Of a stretch of 61,206 nucleotides of DNA, positions 43,817 to 51,146 are shown piece after piece. Positions within the stretch are counted from its first letter, which is position 1. The number at the start of each line of letters is the position of its first letter. The stretch is from an uncultured Planctomycetia bacterium (GTDB taxonomy: Bacteria > Omnitrophota > Gorgyraeia > 2-01-FULL-45-10), in assembly GCA_964352425.1 (NCBI GenBank), contig CAYGRZ010000005.1:1-61206 (forward strand). The letters are read 5' to 3'. The notes beneath the pieces were generated by a model, which saw nothing but the letters and a program-made list of their open reading frames with translations, ran no database searches and was not told the origin of the DNA. The translations under genes were made by a program, and so were the position numbers.

Positions 43817-46800
43817 ATGTTTAAGAAATTCGTGCGCATCATTGTTGCTATTACTTTCCTTCTCAATGAAACAGCTTTTGCATTGGGACCCGGTGTTGTC
43901 TCGGGCCAGTTACGTCCGAACGGCAGCGATACCAGGGACGATATGTACGCTGCCGGCCAAAAACTGTTCGCAGCCAGGCGCGGACCGGGATCGATCAACT
44001 GGGAATCGTATATCAACAGGGATGGTTTCCAGGGTGATATCCCTAATATTCCTGGTTTAAAGTTTGTGCAGTCAGGCGATATGAACGTCGCGCCTGCGGG
44101 CTGGGAGAATAACAAGCTGCTCAATGCGGGCGTCTCGGACCTGATCCAGGCGCTTACGTATTTTCGCGATTCTGAAGCAAAATTGCCGGCTTCATATGAT
44201 ATCAGGGAAGGTTATTATGAAGTCGACAAAGCGGGCGGCGGGCTTCCGATCAGCAGGTGGGAATATGACGCCCAGAAAGATAGCTGGACCCTCGTCGTGC
44301 ATTACGATTTCGTCCAGATGTGGAATAACATCCTTGCCAATGACGTGCGGTTCGAATATACGTTCCCTGACGGCGAGAAACGTACCGTCAGCCTCGCCTG
44401 GGCTGTATTTTACAGGATCGCGAAACACGAGATGGCCGACCTGCAGAAGAAGACGGGGACACCGAAAGGCGGCGGCCACATTACAGAAAATGAGGCGACC
44501 GACGGCGAGATCGGCGGCGAGCTTGCCGCCAACACGATCGGCGGACGCTATAACATCATCAATGACGCGGTATGGATGTGGTTCCTCGGCTCCTACGCGT
44601 TCGGCTCACCGACGCAGCGTAACAATGACATATTAAAGGAAAGGCTCACGTGGTTCTTTGCGGGTAAGGAAGCGCGGGACATGAAATTGAATCTCGAATT
44701 CCCGAACCTCCTCCGGGACGATGCCGCGCGCAAGGCCGCGATCGGCCTGGCGCTTGCCCTCAACCGCCAGTTTTATGCGCACTACAGGAAAACACCGGAT
44801 GAGGAGTATAAAAGCGCGCGGATGGAGCGCCTCAAGCATGATTACGAAATGCGGAAGTCCGCCGTCACCGAAGCGCTGTCCGCTACGGGGAAAGAGGAGA
44901 TCATTACGAAGCACCTCCCCGGCCGTGCCCTCACGATTAACGGCAAGAAGTATTACGGCAGCGCCGATCATTATTTTGATACGATCTATGGCACATTGCA
45001 GGAAGCTGTCATGTGGATGCTATCGAACAAAGATATCGCGTGCCTGAAACCGTCCGTTGACAAGGGCATGTTCGGTGACACAGTAACTGTGATGGTACGG
45101 AATCCTGATAATGAGAATGAAACACTGCGCCTGAAGGTTGAGATAAAGAGGCATTCTCCGGAAATAATCCATTCCTTTAGTATTATTAACGGCATGGAAA
45201 TCTCGACGGGCATCAATTCCAAAGGTAATGATGCGGCATTCATCGGGAAGATGCAGGAATTGCTCAGCGATATTAAGACAGGAAAGATGAGGGATGTCTG
45301 GCCGTTAAGCAGATGGGCCAGGGTAAAAGGGGGACAGCGCCCTATTTCCGAAGCGCCGGCCGCGTCCGGCGAGATGCGCGGGGACGGGACCGGCTTCGAT
45401 ACGTCGAAGGAGGAGCTGCGCAAGGACCTCGGATTCGACAAGCCGGCCGCGGGCGCGGAGGCTGCGGTAAGATCAGCTACGGTCCACGGCATTACTCCGG
45501 CGCAGGTTGTCACCGTTACGGGTGTCCCCGAAACCGGCGCGAAGCAGGCGCTGAGAAACGCCCTGCAACAGATCCGGAATAACAGCAGGCTTGACGCGGC
45601 GGAACGCGGACGACTCGTGTATGATGCAATTGAGAGGCGGTCCAATATACCGATAGAGGAGGCCGTGGCGATAAGGCGTGACTTGGGTATTACTATGGAA
45701 GACCTGACCATGGCGCTTTTTGCGCAGCAGCTGGAAGTCGGTTTTATCCGCGATACATTAGAGCGCGAAACGCCCAAGGAAATGAGGCTCGGGACATCGG
45801 AAAAAGACATCGCCCTGAAAGCGGTGCTGAACCGTGAACGTACAAGGAGGCTGGACAAAAAACAGGAGCCCTGGAAGAACGGCGTCTTGGCTGCAAAGAC
45901 CCCTGAAGAGATCGTGAAAATATTGCAAGACATGAGAGATGCTAAGGACTGGCTGCCGTCGCTGAGCCTGCAGCAGGCTGTCTGCAGGAGGGTGAAAGAG
46001 CTCCATCCTTCCGAGGACCTGGATCCGTATTTTGACAAGATCGCCGGTGAGCTTGTGGAGGGCTATGACGGACTGAGGGGGGTTTTTTACGATCTTGAAC
46101 ATCCGAAAGCGGTGCGCGGCCTGCATTTGCTGAATCAACGAGGCGATGTCTCCGGTGAATTCTGCACTCTCTGCTATCCCACCGTCGTCAAGGACCTGAA
46201 AACGGAGCGAGGGTTGCCGTGGGGGGATTACAATATATTCTTCACCTATTTCCCGTTCGCCAAGCACGGAATAACCATAGGATATAAGGACCATGTTTCT
46301 CAAAAGGCCGACCGGGCCAAGATCCTCGATATGCTCAGGCTCATTGAAGAGATGCCGTCATTCCGCATCGTCTTCAACGGTGTCGGCGCCGGCGCCGCCA
46401 TACCTAAACACACTCACTTCCAGGGATTTACGGAGACGATGCCCGTAGAAGAGTTATTGAACAGGCTGGATGGCGAGGAGAGGCTCAGGTGGGGCGACAC
46501 GGGGAAGGGTTCGTTCGTGACCTTGCTCCCCGGCTATCCTGCGTCGGCGGTCGTGGTCAAGAGCAAGGACAGGAAAACCCTGGCCGGGCAGGCCGCCAAC
46601 ATTGTAGAGATGATTAACGTCATCGGCAATATGGAATCAAAGAACTATTCGGCAAGCCTCATGTTCAGATATGTCCCCGGAGAAAAAGCCTATTACGCGT
46701 TCATCTTCCCGCGCAATGTCGCCGGTGAGACGCCGACGGGCTTCGACGGCATGTTCGGGATCAGCGAAATTAGCGGCAAGGTCATTTGCGAGCATGACAA

Positions 46801-48334
46801 GAATTTTAACAATGCATCCGCGCAGATAGTATGGGCTGCCCTGAAAGAGGCCGGCATACCGCAGGATCAGTTTATCCCGATGCTGGCAAGGGCCCGCGAA
46901 TACCTTGACTCGAAATATGGCAACGGCAGTGTCTCCATTGGGACAGGGAAGGCTGGATTCTCCTCGGCGGGCGACTCCGGCAGCCCCGTAAGCGCGGCGG
47001 GTAAGGGATCGGTTGTACTGAAATCGATGGATGCCGAGACGATGCGCGGCATGCTGTCATGCCTGATCGAAGCAGAGCAGGGCGGTACTCCAGACGTGTC
47101 CGGCGAGCAGCGCGGGGACGGGACCGGCTTCGATACGTCGAAGGAGGAGCTGCGCAAGGACCTCGGATTCGACAAGCAGGCGGAGGCGAGGATAGCCGCG
47201 GATAAGGAAGCGCAGCAGGCTGAAGACCTGGCAAATATCAACATCATAGCAGACTCGGATTCGCTCGGCTTCATCAACGCGGTCGAAGTGCTGCTCCGGA
47301 ACGGAAAGAGCAGTCTCGACCAGTACCAGGAGGATATGCTCAAGCGCGCTTTCGTCGTCCAGGATCTCGAAGCGCTGCGACCGGCCCTTCAAAGGATCAT
47401 TGTTGCGATCAAGGACCGCAAGAAAGTTCTGCAAGATGCAGCGAAAGACAAAGAAGCGCTCTATGAAGCGCCCGACGGGAAATTGCTGAAACAATCGTCG
47501 ATGATAACCGCAGGCGCCATTGCGCAGAGCGCCGCGCCGCGCGAAATGATCGAAGCCGGCCGTCAGCCGGCGGCGGATCTCGCGCCAAAGCGGATCGTGG
47601 TAGCGCCGAACATTGCCGATATCATATCCGACTACGCGGCGCGGATCGCCAGAGATAAAGGCCCCGGCGTCGTCGAGCCGGCGCCCCGCGAGATCGCGGC
47701 ATTCTATCCTTTATTCGGCCTGCTCGAAACGCAGCCGGTCGAGATCTGGCTGCCGCAGAGCGTCGAGAAACAGCTGACCGCCCCGGTGCGCGCCGAGATC
47801 GCGAAGCTCAATAAGCGTATCAGGGAGCGCAGCGGCTCCAAAGAAGACGCCATCACCATCAAACCGTATGATGGAGCAAATCTCTCGAAGAAACTCGCCC
47901 AGAAGAGTGACAAGGTGCGGCGGATATTCATCAATGACCTGTCGATGACACAGTATTTCAGGGACGTCCTGCGGTCGGCTGACGGTGTTGAGCTCTTCAA
48001 AGGTAACCGCATATTCACGACCACTATCCCTCAGGGCAGGGACGAGCTCGAGAACTCTGTCTTCCAGGCATGGTTGGTCAAGGTCTCGATACTGTCATGT
48101 CTTCTTACGGAGAGTAACGCGCCGGTCGTGGGAGCGGCCTTACGATCAGAACTTGAGGGAAGATTTGAAGGCGATCCGGCAGAATTCATCGATAATCTGG
48201 CCAAGGACGAGACGAGCGCGACCCCTGAGGCGGTCGCCAGGCGCGTCAACTACTTCCTCGGCAAGATCGTGAAACTCAGCAAGGTCATTGCCGAACAGCT
48301 CAGGATGCTCAAGGCGTTCTGGACTGCGGCGTAA
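43817..48334 (+). CDS. Giant hypothetical exported protein (1505 aa) with a central GalT-branch HIT-like (HxHxQ; GDP-hexose/Ap4A phosphorylase-like, DUF4922-like) domain
   Basis: GGAGGA RBS. N-terminal signal-like segment FVRIIVAITFLLNETAFA-LG. Residues about 760-1000 (nt about 46090-46810) contain FFTYFPFAKHGITIGYKDHVSQ and FNGVGAGAAIPKHTHFQGF. The remaining 1250 aa or so are unrecognised. Confidence 0.7.
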   Translation: MFKKFVRIIVAITFLLNETAFALGPGVVSGQLRPNGSDTRDDMYAAGQKLFAARRGPGSINWESYINRDGFQGDIPNIPGLKFVQSGDMNVAPAGWENNKLLNAGVSDLIQALTYFRDSEAKLPASYDIREGYYEVDKAGGGLPISRWEYDAQKDSWTLVVHYDFVQMWNNILANDVRFEYTFPDGEKRTVSLAWAVFYRIAKHEMADLQKKTGTPKGGGHITENEATDGEIGGELAANTIGGRYNIINDAVWMWFLGSYAFGSPTQRNNDILKERLTWFFAGKEARDMKLNLEFPNLLRDDAARKAAIGLALALNRQFYAHYRKTPDEEYKSARMERLKHDYEMRKSAVTEALSATGKEEIITKHLPGRALTINGKKYYGSADHYFDTIYGTLQEAVMWMLSNKDIACLKPSVDKGMFGDTVTVMVRNPDNENETLRLKVEIKRHSPEIIHSFSIINGMEISTGINSKGNDAAFIGKMQELLSDIKTGKMRDVWPLSRWARVKGGQRPISEAPAASGEMRGDGTGFDTSKEELRKDLGFDKPAAGAEAAVRSATVHGITPAQVVTVTGVPETGAKQALRNALQQIRNNSRLDAAERGRLVYDAIERRSNIPIEEAVAIRRDLGITMEDLTMALFAQQLEVGFIRDTLERETPKEMRLGTSEKDIALKAVLNRERTRRLDKKQEPWKNGVLAAKTPEEIVKILQDMRDAKDWLPSLSLQQAVCRRVKELHPSEDLDPYFDKIAGELVEGYDGLRGVFYDLEHPKAVRGLHLLNQRGDVSGEFCTLCYPTVVKDLKTERGLPWGDYNIFFTYFPFAKHGITIGYKDHVSQKADRAKILDMLRLIEEMPSFRIVFNGVGAGAAIPKHTHFQGFTETMPVEELLNRLDGEERLRWGDTGKGSFVTLLPGYPASAVVVKSKDRKTLAGQAANIVEMINVIGNMESKNYSASLMFRYVPGEKAYYAFIFPRNVAGETPTGFDGMFGISEISGKVICEHDKNFNNASAQIVWAALKEAGIPQDQFIPMLARAREYLDSKYGNGSVSIGTGKAGFSSAGDSGSPVSAAGKGSVVLKSMDAETMRGMLSCLIEAEQGGTPDVSGEQRGDGTGFDTSKEELRKDLGFDKQAEARIAADKEAQQAEDLANINIIADSDSLGFINAVEVLLRNGKSSLDQYQEDMLKRAFVVQDLEALRPALQRIIVAIKDRKKVLQDAAKDKEALYEAPDGKLLKQSSMITAGAIAQSAAPREMIEAGRQPAADLAPKRIVVAPNIADIISDYAARIARDKGPGVVEPAPREIAAFYPLFGLLETQPVEIWLPQSVEKQLTAPVRAEIAKLNKRIRERSGSKEDAITIKPYDGANLSKKLAQKSDKVRRIFINDLSMTQYFRDVLRSADGVELFKGNRIFTTTIPQGRDELENSVFQAWLVKVSILSCLLTESNAPVVGAALRSELEGRFEGDPAEFIDNLAKDETSATPEAVARRVNYFLGKIVKLSKVIAEQLRMLKAFWTAA
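45364..45443 (+). repeat. Intragenic 80-nt repeat, copy 1
   Basis: Encodes SGEMRGDGTGFDTSKEELRKDLGFDK. A 68-nt run (45376-45443) is identical to 47110-47177. Confidence 0.95.
47098..47177 (+). repeat. Intragenic 80-nt repeat, copy 2
   Basis: Encodes SGEQRGDGTGFDTSKEELRKDLGFDK. Two mismatches to copy 1. Confidence 0.95.
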
Positions 48335-48362
48335 TGTGTAGCATATAGTAAATTCTAAACAA

Positions 48363-48394
48363 GGCGTAGCGGAGGTTTAAACCTCCGCTACGCC
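48363..48394 (+). repeat. REP-like hairpin (variant C)
   Basis: GGCGTAGCGGAGGTTTAAACCTCCGCTACGCC. Same GTAG-N6-TTTAAA-N6-CTAC architecture with fully compensated arms, and a partly conserved tail TACTGTG. Confidence 0.75.
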
Positions 48395-48450
48395 TACTGT
48401 GTCAGGATCATAGGGTGTAGGTTATCGCAGGGCGCAAGTTCGGTACCATA

Positions 48451-48478
48451 GCCCCGGAGAGATCCGGGGCCGTTTTTT
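48451..48478 (+). terminator. Rho-independent terminator of the giant gene
   Basis: CCCCGG-agagat-CCGGGG followed by CCGTTTTTTT. Confidence 0.7.
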
Positions 48479-48516
48479 TGCCTGCGGAGCTACCGGGGAA
48501 AAGCCATTCATATTAA

Positions 48517-48545
48517 TTGACATACTATTACCATTTATATATAAT
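48517..48545 (+). promoter_or_regulatory. Consensus sigma70 promoter of ilvE-mcsA-mcsB
   Basis: TTGACA 48517-48522, 17-nt spacer, TATAAT 48540-48545. Confidence 0.6.
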
Positions 48546-48572
48546 TGAATCGAAATATCATGGGCAAATACT

Positions 48573-49439
48573 ATGAAAATCTACCTTAACGGCAAGCTGG
48601 TCGACAAAGAAGATGCCGTGATATCGGTCTTCGACCATGGCCTCCTGTACGGAGACGGCGTGTTCGAAGGCATACGTACCTACGATGGCCTCGTCTTCAG
48701 GCTGAAAGAGCACATCGACAGGCTGTACAAGTCCGCGGACGCGATAGGGCTTACGATACCGCTGAACAAGACCGAGATGATGGAAGCGGTGATAACGACG
48801 CTGAAGGCGAACAGGCTCAATGACGCCTATATCAGGCTTGTCGTGACGCGGGGGCCCGGAGACCTCGGGCTCGATCCCCGCAAGTGCAAAAAACCGACGA
48901 TATTTATCATCACGGACAAGATCGTCCTCTATCCGAAGGAGTTTTACCGGAAGGGCCTCGATATAGTGACCGCGACGACGAAGCGGAACCTGCCGCAGGC
49001 GCTCGATCCGAGGATAAAATCGCTCAACTACCTCAACAATATCCTCGCGAAGATAGACGCGATAAAGGCCGGCACCGTGGAGGCGATCATGCTCACGCAT
49101 GACGATTATGTGGCAGAGTGCACGGGCGACAACATATTTATCGTCGCGGGCGGCGAGCTCATAACCCCGCCGGCCGATGTCGGCGCGCTCGAAGGCATAA
49201 CCCGCGACGCGGTGATAGGCATCGCGCGCCGCACGGACGTGCCGGTCTTCGAAAAGATGCTCAGGATGGAGGATGTCTACGGCGCCCGCGAGGTATTCCT
49301 GACGGGCACCGCCGCAGAGATCATACCGGTCGTGAAGATAGACGAGCGCGTGATAGCTGACGGCAAGCCCGGGAAGGTGACGCTGAAGCTGTGGGACGAG
49401 TTCAAAAAGCTGACGAAGACAGACGGAGTGAGGTACTGA
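48573..49439 (+). CDS. ilvE: Branched-chain amino acid aminotransferase (class IV PLP fold)
   Basis: VFDHGLLYGDGVFEGIRTY..., catalytic Lys context IKSLNYLNNILAK, GITRD. Confidence 0.85.
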   Translation: MKIYLNGKLVDKEDAVISVFDHGLLYGDGVFEGIRTYDGLVFRLKEHIDRLYKSADAIGLTIPLNKTEMMEAVITTLKANRLNDAYIRLVVTRGPGDLGLDPRKCKKPTIFIITDKIVLYPKEFYRKGLDIVTATTKRNLPQALDPRIKSLNYLNNILAKIDAIKAGTVEAIMLTHDDYVAECTGDNIFIVAGGELITPPADVGALEGITRDAVIGIARRTDVPVFEKMLRMEDVYGAREVFLTGTAAEIIPVVKIDERVIADGKPGKVTLKLWDEFKKLTKTDGVRY

Positions 49440-49440
49440 T

Positions 49441-49944
49441 ATGCTCTGCGACGCCTGCGGTAAAAAAGAAGCGACGGTCCACCTTACCGAGATCATCAAC
49501 GACAAGATAACGAAGCTCCATATCTGCGAGGAGTGCGCGAAGGCCAAGGGCGCCGAGATGGAGGAGCATTTTGGCTTAAGCGACCTTCTGGCGGGCTTAA
49601 GCGACCTCGGCTCAGGCGTCGAGACCGAGCTGGTCGGGACGACAAAATGTCCTACCTGCGCTTTCACCTACAACGATTTCAAGAAGATGGGACGGCTCGG
49701 CTGCAGCGACTGCTACGAGGCCTTTAAGAAGCAGCTCGGGCCGCTGCTGAAGAGGATACACGGCGTCGGCCACCATGTCGGCAAGGTCCCGCTCACGGTC
49801 GGCAAGACCGTCAAGGAGACGAGGACGATCCAGGACCTCAAGATGCAGCTGGAGAAGGCGATACAGGCTGAGGAGTTTGAAGAAGCGGCAAGGCTCAGGG
49901 ATAAGGTCAGGGAGCTTGAGAGTAAACATAAGAGCGGGGGCTAA
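49441..49944 (+). CDS. mcsA: Protein-arginine kinase activator McsA (zinc-finger repeats plus UVR motif)
   Basis: CDACGKKEATVHLTEI...LHICEECA, a second CxxC pair, and C-terminal EEFEEAARLRDKVRELE UVR motif. Confidence 0.8.
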   Translation: MLCDACGKKEATVHLTEIINDKITKLHICEECAKAKGAEMEEHFGLSDLLAGLSDLGSGVETELVGTTKCPTCAFTYNDFKKMGRLGCSDCYEAFKKQLGPLLKRIHGVGHHVGKVPLTVGKTVKETRTIQDLKMQLEKAIQAEEFEEAARLRDKVRELESKHKSGG

Positions 49945-49950
49945 AGGCGA

Positions 49951-50997
49951 ATGACGCTGAATGACATGTTGAAACAGTCGAGCGAGTGGCTGAAAGGCAC
50001 GGGTCCCAGCGCCGATATCGTGATGTCGTCGCGCACGCGGCTGGCCAGGAATATCGACAAGGTGCCGTTCTCGAACTGGGCGAACAAGCAGCAGCTCGAG
50101 GACATCCTCGTCCGGGTCGCGGAGGCGGCGCTGGCCGTAAATTTCCTGAAGGACTCCCTCTTCTTCAGGCTGAAGGATTTAAGCGAGGTCGACAGGCTCT
50201 TTCTCGTCGAGCGCCATCTGATGAGCCCCGAGCATGCCAGGGACGTTGAGTTCAAGGGCCTGATCATCGATCCGAAAGAGATCGTCAGCATCATGATAAA
50301 CGAGGAGGACCACCTCAGGATACAGGTGCTGCAGTCGGGCATGAACCTGAGGGAGTGCTGGCGGATAATCGACGAGATAGATACCGCGCTTTCAAAGAAG
50401 CTGCCGTACGCCTATTCGGCCAAGTGGGGATACCTGACCGCCTGCCCGACGAACGCGGGCACGGGACTGCGGGGTTCGGTCATGATACATATGCCCGCGC
50501 TGGTCTTTGCCGGCCAGATAGGGAAAATACTTCAGGCCATCGCGAAGCTGGGCTTGAACATCAGGGGGCTCTACGGCGAGGGAACCGAAGCGACCGGCAA
50601 CATATTTCAGATATCGAACCAGGCATCGATGGGCATGACCGAAGAAGAGATGGTCGATAATATCGAGAGGATCGTGAACCAGGCGATCTCGCGCGAGGAA
50701 GCGACGAGAAAGAATATCATCCTGAAGAACAAGGAAGCGCTGGTCGACAGGGTCTCGCGCGCCTACGGGACGCTGAAGAGCGCGCATATCATATCGAGCA
50801 CCGAGACGATAACACTGATCTCCGCGATACGGCTGGGCGTCGACCTGGGGATCGTCAAGAACCTGGACAGGACGATGGTCAACGAGCTCTTCATATTGAC
50901 GCAGCCGGCGCATCTGCAGAAGCTTGAAGGCAAGATGCTGAGTTCCGGCGAGCGGGATGTGAAGAGGGCGGATCTGATTCGAGAGAAACTGAAGTAG
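49951..50997 (+). CDS. mcsB: Protein arginine kinase McsB (ATP:guanido phosphotransferase)
   Basis: SSRTRLARN, INEEDHLRIQ, CPTNAGTGLR and GEG...G.IFQISN motifs of the phosphagen-kinase fold. Confidence 0.85.
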   Translation: MTLNDMLKQSSEWLKGTGPSADIVMSSRTRLARNIDKVPFSNWANKQQLEDILVRVAEAALAVNFLKDSLFFRLKDLSEVDRLFLVERHLMSPEHARDVEFKGLIIDPKEIVSIMINEEDHLRIQVLQSGMNLRECWRIIDEIDTALSKKLPYAYSAKWGYLTACPTNAGTGLRGSVMIHMPALVFAGQIGKILQAIAKLGLNIRGLYGEGTEATGNIFQISNQASMGMTEEEMVDNIERIVNQAISREEATRKNIILKNKEALVDRVSRAYGTLKSAHIISSTETITLISAIRLGVDLGIVKNLDRTMVNELFILTQPAHLQKLEGKMLSSGERDVKRADLIREKLK

Positions 50998-51119
50998 GGT
51001 CATAGGGTTTAGGGTCATAGTAGTACAGGGTAATAGGGCAAAGATACAAGGACCCCATGACCCCATGACCCCATGACCCCATGACCCCATGACCCCATGA
51101 CCCTAAGACCCTATTACCC
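50996..51119. repeat. Octanucleotide repeat block in the mcsB-clpC spacer
   Basis: 51051-51098 is GACCCCAT x6 (perfect), followed by two degenerate units. 50996-51040 carries inverse-orientation degenerate units (AGGGTCAT, AGGGTAAT). GGGTAATAGGG (51028-51038) pairs with CCCTATTACCC (51109-51119). Confidence 0.9.
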
Positions 51120-51146
51120 AGTCTTACAGACGGAGGACTGAACGCA

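Noticed and set aside
45377-45385. The RGD tripeptides in both intragenic repeats as integrin-binding motifs.
   Set aside because: A tripeptide match has no statistical weight, and there is no evidence for a eukaryotic host context. It is mentioned only as part of the repeat.
31350-48394. Whether the dispersed palindromes (REPs and AT-rich elements) could form a CRISPR array.
   Set aside because: There is no regular repeat-spacer periodicity. The copies are kilobases apart or in doublets with differing stems, and no cas genes are present.
50996-51119. The idea that GGTCAT-containing repeats upstream of clpC are CtsR operators.
   Set aside because: The CtsR box is GGTCAAA-N3-GGTCAAA with a 10-nt period. 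Here the period is 8 or 15 nt and the half-site differs. No ctsR gene lies in the window, so the resemblance is too weak to call.
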